Positions 18,801 through 28,579 of a stretch of DNA of 35,658 nt are shown one piece after another. This DNA is from Candidatus Nanohaloarchaea archaeon (GTDB taxonomy: Archaea; EX4484-52; GLR71): the NCBI GenBank assembly GCA_013138765.1, contig WTCB01000066.1:1-35658 (forward strand), in the 5' to 3' direction. The position numbers and the translations under genes were made by a program. Under the pieces are notes generated by a model. The model saw nothing but the letters and a program-made list of their open reading frames with translations. It had not been told where the DNA came from and did no database searches. Numbering within the stretch: position 1 is the stretch's first letter; each line of letters opens with the position of its first letter.

Positions 18801-19304
18801 TTATTCCCTAAATAGTTTATCTCCATGATCTTGGATGATAAACTGTGCATAACTAGTATTATGTGTCAAGTCAAGTATACGACCTCTAAGATTTTCTAGA
18901 TGTGCGTAATGCCCTAAGTTATTAAATTCGTCTTTTATGAACACATAAATATTTTCGGTATTATTTCTTAGTTCAAACTTCAATCTTTCTTGTATTTGTG
19001 TCATATAATCGTCTTTTTTGTTAGGGCAAGATTCTAAACGGATGAGGTTTAATTCTTTTATATCATCTTCAGGTACATATATTTCGTGATGATTAAATTT
19101 TTCATTGATTGCAGTTTCGTTATCATATACCTGAATGCGATATTTTTCACTCTCAAGTTCTTGTGGTATTCTTGTTATAATTTCTGGAGTAACAAAAAGT
19201 ATTTGATGTATTAGGTCTGGTTCTTCAGCTTTAATTGAATCGTATTCTTCTGCAAGAAGATGAATTATTTGTAATACTGTGTTATCATTATATTCATATT
19301 CCAT
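18801..19304 (-). CDS. Hypothetical protein
   Basis: 167-aa ORF with ATG start and an upstream AAAAGTATTTAAAA promoter-like motif on the minus strand. Confidence 0.65.
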   Translation of the reverse strand: MEYEYNDNTVLQIIHLLAEEYDSIKAEEPDLIHQILFVTPEIITRIPQELESEKYRIQVYDNETAINEKFNHHEIYVPEDDIKELNLIRLESCPNKKDDYMTQIQERLKFELRNNTENIYVFIKDEFNNLGHYAHLENLRGRILDLTHNTSYAQFIIQDHGDKLFRE

Positions 19305-19472
19305 AAAATAGATTATGTGAGTTGTATTTTAAATACTTTTGTGTAGTTAATATCTCCGCATTATTCAAAAATTAGTATTAATATTCATAATATTTTATAT
19401 AAATGAGAGATGGATTGCTAAAAATTACATAGAATTCAAAAATAAGACAAATATATGATCAAAATAAAAAAA

Positions 19473-19547
19473 TGGACCAGATGAGGTTTGAACTCACGAT
19501 TTCACGGTTATCAGCCGTGCGCCTTAACCAGGCTAGGCCACTGGTCC
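19473..19547 (-). tRNA. tRNA-Ile (anticodon GAT), CCA not encoded
   Basis: GGACCAG/CTGGTCC acceptor stem, GCCT/AGGC D-stem, CACGG-CTGATAA-CCGTG anticodon arm, GTGAG-TTCAAAC-CTCAT T-arm, discriminator A. Confidence 0.97.
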
Positions 19548-19603
19548 ATTGAACAAAATAAAAATAACAAGATTAATTAATGAGAAATCTTTTTAAACGT
19601 TTA

Positions 19604-20407
19604 TCAGTTTTTGTCCATGATCTCTAAGATATCAAGAAGGCATCTTGCTGCAAGACTTGGAGTAATATTGTTTTCAATCATTGGATTTACTTCCATAATG
19701 TCTGCGCCAACTATATCTGCTTTTGACAGCAGTTCAAATACTGATCTGAAATTCTCGTAGAAGAAACCGCCAGTTTCCGGGTCTCCTACCCCGGGTGCGC
19801 ACGAGGGTTCAAAAAAGTCTATGTCAAGAGATAAGTATATAGGTCTTTTAAGGTCTATCTTTTTTAGATCTGTGTTTATTTTTTTTGAAAATCTTATCTC
19901 ATCTTCAGATCCTGTCCTTGCGCCAACTATTGTCACTGGAATTTTTAGTTCATGGATGCGTCTCATGACAGTAGCATGGGATAGTTTTTCGTCTTCAACT
20001 GTGTCTTTAAGGTCGTAGTGGGCGTCAAATGATATCACCTGCAGATTTGGATATATCTTCTTCAATGCTTTTACAGAACCCAAGGTTCCGCTATGTTCGC
20101 CTCCAAGGATTATCGGTCTTATGTCATTGCTGTCGGAAAATATGTCATCTATCGTCTCTGTCAGTTTCTGTAAAGTCTTTTCTGCATTTCCATGGACTGG
20201 TACGATGTCGCCGGCATCAAATATCTTTGTTGTCATGTCTTTTGATTCTAGTGCAAGAAATTTGTCTCTTATTGATTGTGGACCAAATCTTTGTCCGGGT
20301 GTGTTCGTCTCTGTTGAATCGAAAGGGAATCCTATTATGCAGAATCTTGTATCTTTTGGATTATCAATCTCTGAGATAAGTCTTAGCCGTTCTGTGTGGA
20401 ATAACAT
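19604..20407 (-). CDS. speB: Agmatinase (ureohydrolase family)
   Basis: PFD, GQRFGP, GGEHS, DAHYD, SHAT, SLDID, PGVGDPETGG, EVNP. Confidence 0.85.
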   Translation of the reverse strand: MLFHTERLRLISEIDNPKDTRFCIIGFPFDSTETNTPGQRFGPQSIRDKFLALESKDMTTKIFDAGDIVPVHGNAEKTLQKLTETIDDIFSDSNDIRPIILGGEHSGTLGSVKALKKIYPNLQVISFDAHYDLKDTVEDEKLSHATVMRRIHELKIPVTIVGARTGSEDEIRFSKKINTDLKKIDLKRPIYLSLDIDFFEPSCAPGVGDPETGGFFYENFRSVFELLSKADIVGADIMEVNPMIENNITPSLAARCLLDILEIMDKN

Positions 20408-20505
20408 GAATCCTATTTTTATTCTATATTTTTAAATAGGTTTAGTTTTTTTGCAGCATTTGATAAATGATATATTTTTATTGATGTGGATACAGTTAAG
20501 TGTCT

Positions 20506-21519
20506 ATGAAAAAAAAGTTGGCTTATTTTTTAGGCAGCATTTTACTTCTTTTGTATATTGTTGAAATTATAGGCATTAAGGATATTGTAATTACTGTGTT
20601 GTCTCTTGATTATCGTGTAATCGTCCTTGCTTTTATTATTGCATTCTTGTGGTCTGTTCTGGGCTGCTTTAAATGGTCTATCTTGCTTGTTCAAATTAAG
20701 AAGATATATGTATCAAAACTTTTGCCTGTCTATTTTTCGGGTGAGCTGTTCAATGCATTGACACCGGGGGCAAAAACCGGTGGTGAGGTCGTAAAGGCGC
20801 ATTATACATCTAAATTATTCAGTATACCCCAATCAAAGGTGTATGCGACAATACTTTTAGATAAGTCAATACTCATGGCTGTGTTTTTCGTTATGCTTAT
20901 ATTGACGTCTATCTATACTGTGCTATTTCTTGAGATACCTTCAGTTGTAACTGGTATATTTAGAGCTTCTGTAGGTCTTGTCTTTTTGCTGTCTGCTGTT
21001 ATAATACTTGTCAATCAGAAGTATTGGAAAAGGAAGCATGAACTCTTATTTTCTTTTTTGAATTTTATCTATCATCTAAGATTTTTGGAGTTCATAAAGA
21101 GGCGGTTTGAGACATATAAGATATTTGAAGATTTTATAATGGGCACTTTCTCTGAATTTTTTGAGTCTTTCAGTCTATTGCTTGAACATAAAAAAGGAGT
21201 GTTCACAAATGCAGTATTGTCTGTGGTGATGTTCTTTCTGTCTTTTGCGCGTGCATGGGTCTTATTCCTCGGTCTAGGTTATGAGATTGATATTGTCCTT
21301 ATAATTGTTGTTGTCACTTTGGGTTCGGCCATAAGCTATATGATGCTTACTCCAGGTGGTGCTGGGGTAACTGAGATTGCACTCATAAGTCTTTATGTTG
21401 CGGTCGGTGTTGATCCTGATGTTGCGGCTATTGTTGCGCTTGTGGATCGTGGTATGTACTATTTAAGTAGTTTTGGTCTTGGGTATGTTGCTGTGGTATA
21501 TCTGAAATTTAAGAAATGA
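20506..21519 (+). CDS. UPF0104 / lysylphosphatidylglycerol-synthase TM-domain (flippase-like) protein
   Basis: NALTPGAKTGGEVVK, TPGGAGVTE, DRGMYY; multi-pass membrane protein. Confidence 0.85.
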   Translation: MKKKLAYFLGSILLLLYIVEIIGIKDIVITVLSLDYRVIVLAFIIAFLWSVLGCFKWSILLVQIKKIYVSKLLPVYFSGELFNALTPGAKTGGEVVKAHYTSKLFSIPQSKVYATILLDKSILMAVFFVMLILTSIYTVLFLEIPSVVTGIFRASVGLVFLLSAVIILVNQKYWKRKHELLFSFLNFIYHLRFLEFIKRRFETYKIFEDFIMGTFSEFFESFSLLLEHKKGVFTNAVLSVVMFFLSFARAWVLFLGLGYEIDIVLIIVVVTLGSAISYMMLTPGGAGVTEIALISLYVAVGVDPDVAAIVALVDRGMYYLSSFGLGYVAVVYLKFKK

Positions 21520-21529
21520 GGGCGATGTT

Positions 21530-22123
21530 ATGGCAGAAATAAGTTTAAAGGATGAGTTTTTTAGGAAATTGATACATTTGACTTCTGTGCTTATTGTGTT
21601 TTTTTATTATTATCTTGGTAAAGAGGTTACTCTTTTTATTCTTGCTATTGCTCTTATTTTGTTTATTGAAAGTGAGTATCTAAGAATTGAGAAAGGCGTC
21701 AATATTCCTCTGTTGCACGATTATGTTCGTGATAAGGAAAAAAACCGTCTTGCAGGGCATATATTTTTTATTATAGGCGCTATAATCTCAATAGCTATAT
21801 TTGACATGGATATTGCAGTTGCAGCTATACTTATGACAACTTTTGGTGATTCGGCAGCAGCGATCATTGGCAGGAGATATGGTAAGGTATCAATTCCAGG
21901 AATAAGAAATAAAAAATTAGAGGGATGTCTTGCTGAGCTTTTTGTTAATCTTTTTATCGGTTATCTGTTTATTGATGGGATAATTATCATATTAGTCATG
22001 GCATTCACTGCCACAATTGTTGAAACTTTAGTTGATAAATTAGATGATAATCTTATTATACCAGTATTTTCGGGGTTTAATGCGCAGGCAATTAGGTTTT
22101 TATTTAAGTCTTTAGGGTATTAG
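21530..22123 (+). CDS. CTP-dependent polyprenol/dolichol/phytol kinase family (SEC59/DGK1/VTE5)
   Basis: EFFRKLIH, GDSAAAIIGRRYG, KKLEG, DDNLIIP. Confidence 0.85.
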   Translation: MAEISLKDEFFRKLIHLTSVLIVFFYYYLGKEVTLFILAIALILFIESEYLRIEKGVNIPLLHDYVRDKEKNRLAGHIFFIIGAIISIAIFDMDIAVAAILMTTFGDSAAAIIGRRYGKVSIPGIRNKKLEGCLAELFVNLFIGYLFIDGIIIILVMAFTATIVETLVDKLDDNLIIPVFSGFNAQAIRFLFKSLGY

Positions 22124-22150
22124 GATTATTTTTTGTTTTGTCATTTTTTC

Positions 22151-24424
22151 TTAGATTTCAATTACTTCTGTTACATCTTCTTTGTTCTCTCCGCGGTTCA
22201 ATCGGTATAATTTTCCAGTGACTGCAGTTTCCATAGCTTCGTCATGTGTAATCAGGAAGACTTGGTCTACTATGTCTGAGACTTTTGTCCTCAATGTCTC
22301 TGCAAGCTCTTCGACTGCTTTCCGGTCTAGGTTGTGTGTGGGTTCATCAAGAAGGAGCATTTTCATACCTGGGGCAAGGACTGTTGACATTGCGATGCGC
22401 AGGACTAAGACTGCAGTCATCCGTTCACCACCTGAAACTGTGCCTTCGACATTCATCCAGGTATCATCCATATTTCTAAGCTGGAGTATATAGTCGCCTT
22501 CGTCAACCGATATCTGTATTCCTGTGTAATCTTTATATGGGTAGACTGAGAACCAGAGGTCTTCCATTATATTGTTTATTGATTCTATGAATTGTTCACG
22601 GAGCATAATCTGTGTGGTTTCAAGGACGATTTTAAATCTTTCAAGTTCCGGGAGTCTATCTTTCATCATTTCAATCTGTTTTTCATTTGTTTTTACAAGT
22701 TTTGCCTGGTCTTTAAGAACTGACAGGTTTTTTGCTTTTTCTTTATACATGTCTTGCAATGACCTTAATTTGACTATGTCTGTGCTGTAAAGCTTGTCAT
22801 GTGCGATGAATTCTGTCAGTTTTTTTTCAAGTTCTTCGGGTTTGAATTTTAATTCGTCTATGTTTATCTTTATCTGTTTTTTTTCTTCTTCAAGGTGTCG
22901 TTTTTCGTGGATGTGCCGCAATATTGTCTTTGTGGTCTCAAAACGTCTTATCTCTTGTTCAATCTTTTTTATTTTGTCTGATGAAAATATTTTTTTTGAG
23001 TCTTCAAGTTTGTTTTTCTGTGTTTTTAGCTGTGAGTCAATCTGTTTTATGGTTTCGCTTGTGTTAAGTATATCTTTTTCAAGATTTATGTATTGCAATA
23101 GTTCTCGTTTTTTCTTTTCAGATTCAGTCATCTTTTCTCTTTCAGTTTTTATCTCTTTATTTATGATTACAAGTGAATTTTCAAATGTGTTCATCTGATC
23201 TCTTTTTTCTTTGATGACATCTGTTTTTTGCTCTGTGTTGAGTGGTGTGTCGCAAGTGGGACAGTTGGCATCTGATTTTTCAAGAGCGGTTATCGATTTA
23301 GTCGTGTCATCTATTTTTGAGTTGATCCCTGCTTCTTCTTTTAATAGTTTTTCAATAGCTGTTTTCAGTTCTTCAATTTTAGTTTCTGTGTCTTTTAGTT
23401 TTTCTATTTCAGGACGTCTACTTTCAAGGATTTTTAGTTTTGTATTTCCACTATTAAGATTATTGGTGTCTGTATTTATTTTTTCTTCAAGGATGGCTAT
23501 TTCTTTTTCTAAAGATTTTTGTTTTTTAAGTACTGAATTGAGCCGTTCTGTCTGTGTGTCTATGAATTCAGGGGTGTAGGATTGTACATCATCTACATTT
23601 GTGTAATTTTTTAGTTCGTCTGTAATCTGTTCAATTCGGGTCATTATTTTGATCTCTCTATTTTTTTGTTCGTCATAGATATTTTTTTTCTTTTGAAGTA
23701 TCTCTGTCTCTTTTTGCAGTGTGTCTCTTATTTTTTTTATGTCGGTAAGCCGTCTGTTGAAAGCTTTAATCTCAAGTTCTATCTTTTCAATCTCTTTTTT
23801 TTGTGTATCTATATCTTTTGAATCTATGAGTGCTCTAAGGGATGCTGTGTGTGTCTCGAGTTCTTTTGCGCTTTTTGATATACGATTCTTTAATGTTACT
23901 ATGTTTGCTCTTGCAGTCTCAAATTTGTCAATTTTTAAGAGCTCGTCAATCTTTTTCATTCTCTGTCCACGGGGTATCTGGAGGAATTGATCAAGTCTGT
24001 TCTGTTCACAGTAGACGACTTGTGCAAATGTGCTGTAGTCAATACCTATTATTTTTTCTATCCGTTCTGTTACGCGTTGGCTTGCTGGCGATTCTACGAG
24101 CAGTCCGTCACATCTTAATTCTGATGTTGATGTTTTTTTTCTATCTAATTTTCTTTTTATTTCATATATCTTGTCTTCTTTTTCAAATTCAAGCGTGACC
24201 TCTGCATTATCATGTCTTGTAAATATGTCGGTTATTACATTTTCTAATTTTATTCTTCTCTGCTGGGCTGCTGGGAATGTGCCGAAGAATGCGAATGATA
24301 TTGCGTCAAGGACTGATGATTTTCCTGAGCCCATGACACCTAATAGTGCGTTTATTCCCTTAGGAAATTCAAAAGATGAATCTATATGTGTCTGCCAGTT
24401 CTTGAGTCTTATCTTTTTTATCAT
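22151..24424 (-). CDS. rad50: Rad50 ATPase
   Basis: Walker A GVMGSGKSS, coiled coil with CPTC zinc hook, VSGGE, LLLDEPT, ITHD; directly after mre11. Confidence 0.95.
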   Translation of the reverse strand: MIKKIRLKNWQTHIDSSFEFPKGINALLGVMGSGKSSVLDAISFAFFGTFPAAQQRRIKLENVITDIFTRHDNAEVTLEFEKEDKIYEIKRKLDRKKTSTSELRCDGLLVESPASQRVTERIEKIIGIDYSTFAQVVYCEQNRLDQFLQIPRGQRMKKIDELLKIDKFETARANIVTLKNRISKSAKELETHTASLRALIDSKDIDTQKKEIEKIELEIKAFNRRLTDIKKIRDTLQKETEILQKKKNIYDEQKNREIKIMTRIEQITDELKNYTNVDDVQSYTPEFIDTQTERLNSVLKKQKSLEKEIAILEEKINTDTNNLNSGNTKLKILESRRPEIEKLKDTETKIEELKTAIEKLLKEEAGINSKIDDTTKSITALEKSDANCPTCDTPLNTEQKTDVIKEKRDQMNTFENSLVIINKEIKTEREKMTESEKKKRELLQYINLEKDILNTSETIKQIDSQLKTQKNKLEDSKKIFSSDKIKKIEQEIRRFETTKTILRHIHEKRHLEEEKKQIKINIDELKFKPEELEKKLTEFIAHDKLYSTDIVKLRSLQDMYKEKAKNLSVLKDQAKLVKTNEKQIEMMKDRLPELERFKIVLETTQIMLREQFIESINNIMEDLWFSVYPYKDYTGIQISVDEGDYILQLRNMDDTWMNVEGTVSGGERMTAVLVLRIAMSTVLAPGMKMLLLDEPTHNLDRKAVEELAETLRTKVSDIVDQVFLITHDEAMETAVTGKLYRLNRGENKEDVTEVIEI

Positions 24425-24427
24425 ATG

Positions 24428-25705
24428 TCAATCATCTATTTTTTTATCTGTTTTTTCATTTAATTTTTCATCTATATTGTCAGTGAGATTTTCAAGAAGA
24501 TTCTTTTCTGCAGCGTCAACATTGCCTTCTGCAAGCAGTTCGAATATGTGGTTGTAATCGAATGTTATCTTTTCTTTGTCTGCGTAGTCTTTCATTATTT
24601 TTAGGCCCATGCTGTCTATTGACATTGTGTTTTTTATGAGCTGTGCTACAAGTTCTTTGTTTTTTGTCTGTTTTTCGCTGTCAAGATTGTTTTTTAATGA
24701 AAGTATGAAATCTTTTTCGTAATTTTTTAATATGTCTGAAAAATCTATTCTGTGGTTGTTGCCTTCAATCTGTCCTATGACTTTTATCCGTACAAGCGGT
24801 CTTTTTTCAAATTTTTCTTTGTTTAATCCTGAGAGGTATTCAATTATTTTTTTCTTGATTGTCTTTATGTCTTCATTATTACATCTAATTTCATTGTATA
24901 TGACTTTTCTTTGAGATATTATGGGCAAAAATTCTGTCTCTTTTGTCTGTGTATCGTAAATAGTCACGCCTTTGTCTTTTCCTGCTTCGTTTTTTCTGAT
25001 CTGTGTGGTTATTGTGCTTCCGGGCAAGAGGAAAAGTGTTTCTTTATCTGGACCTATGCGGCATTGGTTTTTCCAGTGGATATGACCATTTATTATCAGG
25101 TCAAAACCTTTTGGTAACTCTTCAAGTTTAAGTCCTGGACTTTTTTCGTCTGTGTATACATATTCACCGACTGATTGGTGCATTAAAAATATGTTCGTGC
25201 ATTCTTGTTCTGGTTTCGGGTCAATCTTTTCAAATACGTCTTTTGCAAATGTTTCAGGGACTCCTGAAATGCCGGTTATTGCAACTGTTTCATTTCCTTT
25301 TTTGTATATTGCAGTTTCGCCGTGGAGGTTTATCAGGTATCCTGTTGAATCCATCAGTTCTACTGGATTGGTAACATCTTTACCCCGACGTTCATGTGTT
25401 CCTGCAATTGCTATCACTGGGATTCCTGTCTTGTTGAGTGGGTGAATTCTGTGTTTATTTTTTCCTTTTATCTCAATGAATTCAGTATCACATGATAGTT
25501 CTTTTGGTCTGAAAAATATGTTTAATGCTTTTGCTAAGACATCTTGTTTTGGTACTCGTGAATCGAATATGTCTCCTGGGACTAGGATCAGGTCGCAGTT
25601 TTCGGATAGTCTAAATGCGTCTATTGCATTGTCGTAACTATCATTCTCTATTTCTTTTCCTGTGCCGAAACCAAAATGTGTGTCTGAGAATATAGCAATT
25701 TTTAT
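24428..25705 (-). CDS. mre11: Mre11 nuclease (425 aa, non-canonical start, likely ATA)
   Basis: The frame stays open 96 codons upstream of the listed GTG and contains (I)KIAIFSDTHFG and VPGDIFD; then GTHER, MHQS, GHIH and PGS. Confidence 0.92.
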   Translation of the reverse strand: MKIAIFSDTHFGFGTGKEIENDSYDNAIDAFRLSENCDLILVPGDIFDSRVPKQDVLAKALNIFFRPKELSCDTEFIEIKGKNKHRIHPLNKTGIPVIAIAGTHERRGKDVTNPVELMDSTGYLINLHGETAIYKKGNETVAITGISGVPETFAKDVFEKIDPKPEQECTNIFLMHQSVGEYVYTDEKSPGLKLEELPKGFDLIINGHIHWKNQCRIGPDKETLFLLPGSTITTQIRKNEAGKDKGVTIYDTQTKETEFLPIISQRKVIYNEIRCNNEDIKTIKKKIIEYLSGLNKEKFEKRPLVRIKVIGQIEGNNHRIDFSDILKNYEKDFILSLKNNLDSEKQTKNKELVAQLIKNTMSIDSMGLKIMKDYADKEKITFDYNHIFELLAEGNVDAAEKNLLENLTDNIDEKLNEKTDKKIDD

Positions 25706-25751
25706 GTTATCACCTGTATGAATAATTATTTTTTAAAATTTAAAAGTTTAT

Positions 25752-26261
25752 TTAATCTTTGTTATTTTTTTGTTTATGATATTCTTTTAAGAATTTAATC
25801 TCTTTTTTTAGTTCTTCAGTTATCCTTTGGTCGTCATCATTTTCTTTTATTGCAGTTTTAAGATCTTTGATTGTCTTTTTTATATCAAGACCTTTATTTT
25901 TTTTGATCTTGAATATGTTCCGTTTTATTTCTTTCAGTTTTTTTTGTGTCTTCATCTCTTCGATCTTTTTGTGTTCGTTGCCTCTTTTTATGTCATTGTA
26001 GTCTTTTGTTTTCTGTTCAAAGGCTACCTTTGCGCCAAGGTAGAATAGATGTTGTGCAATCTCTTCTTTTGTCATCTTGTCTATGTCTTCTTTTGCTTTG
26101 TATGAGTCCCAGATGGTATAGAATGCGTCTTTTTGTATCTTTTTTGCAAGAAGGTTGCTTCGTTCTGTTGTCTTTTTGATTTTTGTCTGGATTGTTTTTG
26201 TTATCAGTCTTGTTTCTTTTTCATTTTCTTCATTGGTTTTATCTTTTTTTTCAGGTAGCAT
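25752..26261 (-). CDS. Lys-rich hypothetical protein
   Basis: 169-aa ORF co-oriented within the gene run. Confidence 0.65.
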   Translation of the reverse strand: MLPEKKDKTNEENEKETRLITKTIQTKIKKTTERSNLLAKKIQKDAFYTIWDSYKAKEDIDKMTKEEIAQHLFYLGAKVAFEQKTKDYNDIKRGNEHKKIEEMKTQKKLKEIKRNIFKIKKNKGLDIKKTIKDLKTAIKENDDDQRITEELKKEIKFLKEYHKQKNNKD

Positions 26262-26305
26262 AAGTATTGTTTTAATTTTTTGTTTTTAAATTATTTTTGG
26301 AACAA

Positions 26306-27151
26306 TCAGTTATCAAATACTTTTTTTACATTTCTGAAATTCATCTTTACGAACAGTTTTGGGTCAAGATCTTTTTCTTTTAATTCTTTGAGTGCGCTTT
26401 TGACATGGGTGCTGCCTTTCGGAACTTTGAAGCCTGCCTGTTCTGATAACCTGTCAATCTGCTTTAGGCCAGCATCTCTTGCAAGGATTGATGCTGCTGC
26501 GACTTCTGTGTAATTTGATTCCGCTTTTGTTTCCGTCTTTGCGTTTTTTAGATTGATTCTTGCTCCGGGGTACTGGTCAATCATTATCAGGTCTGCATCG
26601 CCTAAATTTTTTATTGCTCTTGTGTGCATTGCGTTCAGAAGTGTTGTGGTAGTGCCTATGTGCTGGTTGTATGTTTCAGGGGTCTTTTCATAGGTGCAGT
26701 AATTATCTTTTCCAAGAATGTCTTTGATCTTTATTGCAAGTTTGATTATGTCTTTATCTGTAATTGTCTTTGAGTCTTTTACGCCTATGTCTTCAAGTCT
26801 TTTTCGTGTGTCTTTATCTGCTTTGACGGCTGTAACGACCATTCCACCGAATGTGTCGCCCTTGAGTGTCTCATCAGAACCTATTATTGTCTTTGTGTTT
26901 TTAGTATCTTCTTTTTTTGGGTCTTTATCTTTTATTTTTCCGCCTATGAATTTTGCTATGAATTGTGCATATTTTTCTTTGCCCTGGATCACTGTCTTTC
27001 CTGAGGTGTATTGGATTATAAGGACATCTTCATTTTTTAGGCGTCTTCTTTCGTACAGGTTTGTGATAGGGGTTGTCTTGAATTCCCCTTCAAGCAGTTT
27101 TTCTATCTTTTTTTCGTCTACGCCTGTCAAGGAAATCCATACATCTGTCAT
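26306..27151 (-). CDS. rnhC: Ribonuclease HIII
   Basis: N-terminal TBP-like domain (QYTSGKTVIQG), IGSDE..KGD.FG, GVKDSK, IDQY, KAES, VAAASILAR. The N-domain, DQ and KAE distinguish HIII from HII. Confidence 0.85.
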   Translation of the reverse strand: MTDVWISLTGVDEKKIEKLLEGEFKTTPITNLYERRRLKNEDVLIIQYTSGKTVIQGKEKYAQFIAKFIGGKIKDKDPKKEDTKNTKTIIGSDETLKGDTFGGMVVTAVKADKDTRKRLEDIGVKDSKTITDKDIIKLAIKIKDILGKDNYCTYEKTPETYNQHIGTTTTLLNAMHTRAIKNLGDADLIMIDQYPGARINLKNAKTETKAESNYTEVAAASILARDAGLKQIDRLSEQAGFKVPKGSTHVKSALKELKEKDLDPKLFVKMNFRNVKKVFDN

Positions 27152-27194
27152 TGTTTATTTCGCATCCTGTCTATTATTTTTGTCTTTTTTAGAT

Positions 27195-27524
27195 TCATAA
27201 TGAGGTTATTATTTCATCAATTTTTTCTCTTAAAAGACTTTCAGGTAATGCACCCACAATTCTCCCGACTTCAATTCCTCTGTTGAATACAATCATTGAT
27301 GGGATCCCTTGCACTGAAAATTTTGCGGAGATATCTTGGTTCTCGTCAACGTTAAGTTTTCCAAATGTCATTTTATCTTCATATTCGCCTGATAGTTTTT
27401 CAAATGTCGGTCCTAAAATTTTACATGGACCGCACCATTCAGCCCAGAAGTCTATTATGACCGGTTTTTCGTTTTTTATGACGTCGTCTTCGAAATTGTC
27501 TTTGTTTATTTTTATTAATGCCAT
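27195..27524 (-). CDS. trxA: Thioredoxin
   Basis: DFWAEWCGPCK; AGGTGA RBS 5 nt before ATG 27524. Confidence 0.96.
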   Translation of the reverse strand: MALIKINKDNFEDDVIKNEKPVIIDFWAEWCGPCKILGPTFEKLSGEYEDKMTFGKLNVDENQDISAKFSVQGIPSMIVFNRGIEVGRIVGALPESLLREKIDEIITSL

Positions 27525-27558
27525 ATATTTCACCTTTTAATTTATTTTTTAATATGAT

Positions 27559-28485
27559 TTATGAATTTTCTTTTAGGAACTTGAATGCGGAATCGGCGGC
27601 AATTGATCCTTCTGATGCTGCGGTTATTATTTGCCTGAAATAGTTTGAATTGGTCGTTATGTCGCCAGCTGCAAATATGCCGGGTATGTCTGTTTTTTGT
27701 GCAGGGTCTACGTCTATGTATCCTTTTTCGTCAAGATTGATCCCTAATTCTTTTGCAAGGACTGTTGTCGGTGTTGAACCTACTTCAATGAATACACCAT
27801 CTAGTTTGAGCTTTTTCTCTTGACCTGTCTTTAGATTTTTTGTATTTAATGCTGTGACTGTGATCTCTCCGGATATGCCTGTCGGTACTGTGTCGAGTAT
27901 CAGTTCAATATTTTTTGATTCTTTTATCTTCTTTAGTTTTATTGGCTCGCCTCTGAATTCTTGTCGTCTGTGGATCAGGTATATCTTTTTTGCTATTCCT
28001 TCAAGATATAAGGTTGCTGAAAGTGCTGCATCACCACCACCTATGACTGCTATTGTCTTTTCTCGGAAGAATGCACCGTCACAGGTTGCGCAATAGGAGA
28101 CACCTTTACCTAAGTATTCGGTTTCTCCTTTGATGTTCAGTTTTTTTATTGTTGTTCCGAGTGCAAGGATGATTGTCTTTGTCTCGTATTCATTGTCACC
28201 TGTGTTGATCTTGAATGTCTGTGTCTTTTTATCTTTTTCAAATTTTTGCGCTCTTGTGTAAATTATTTCAACACCTTGTGTTTTTGCATGCTCCTCAAAT
28301 TTTTGCATAAGTTCAAAGCCTGATATTGATGGGAAACCTGGGTAATTTTCAATGAGATGTGCGTCTGCCGCCTGACCACCTAATTTTTCGCCTATGACCA
28401 TTGTCTTTAAGTCTGAGCGGGCAGCAAAGATTGCAGCAGATAGACCTGCCGGGCCGTTTCCGATAATTATTGTGTCATATATCAT
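27559..28485 (-). CDS. trxB: Thioredoxin reductase
   Basis: IIGNGPAGLSAA, GVSYCATCDG, VIGGGD, FAAGD. Start moved to 28485 (MIYDTIIIG). Confidence 0.95.
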   Translation of the reverse strand: MIYDTIIIGNGPAGLSAAIFAARSDLKTMVIGEKLGGQAADAHLIENYPGFPSISGFELMQKFEEHAKTQGVEIIYTRAQKFEKDKKTQTFKINTGDNEYETKTIILALGTTIKKLNIKGETEYLGKGVSYCATCDGAFFREKTIAVIGGGDAALSATLYLEGIAKKIYLIHRRQEFRGEPIKLKKIKESKNIELILDTVPTGISGEITVTALNTKNLKTGQEKKLKLDGVFIEVGSTPTTVLAKELGINLDEKGYIDVDPAQKTDIPGIFAAGDITTNSNYFRQIITAASEGSIAADSAFKFLKENS

Positions 28486-28539
28486 CTTATCCAACTTCTT
28501 TTGTTTATTTTTGTGTTTGTGTAAGTTTAAGTATATTTC

Positions 28540-28567
28540 TTGCATAAACTATATAAATGTTTGCATA
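28540..28567. promoter_or_regulatory. TATA box flanked by TTGCATA direct repeats (candidate operator)
   Basis: TTGCATA(28540)-AAC-TATATAAA(28550)-TGT-TTGCATA(28561), between the divergent trxB and HTH genes. Confidence 0.45.
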
Positions 28568-28579
28568 CTATCATTATCT

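Noticed and set aside
19473-20407. Agmatinase next to tRNA-Ile as an agmatidine link, or the tRNA as an integration site
   Set aside because: Agmatidine modifies the CAU tRNA-Ile, not GAU; no duplicated tRNA 3' end or integrase was seen.
25417-25705. Frameshifted or truncated mre11 pseudogene, as the ORF track implies
   Set aside because: Manual translation shows one continuous frame; only the start codon is unusual.
22182-28096. Many antisense ORFs (F/S/I/C-rich) over rad50, mre11, rnhC and trx genes
   Set aside because: Shadow frames of well-supported genes, favoured by strand bias; the same applies to other nested ORFs in the track.
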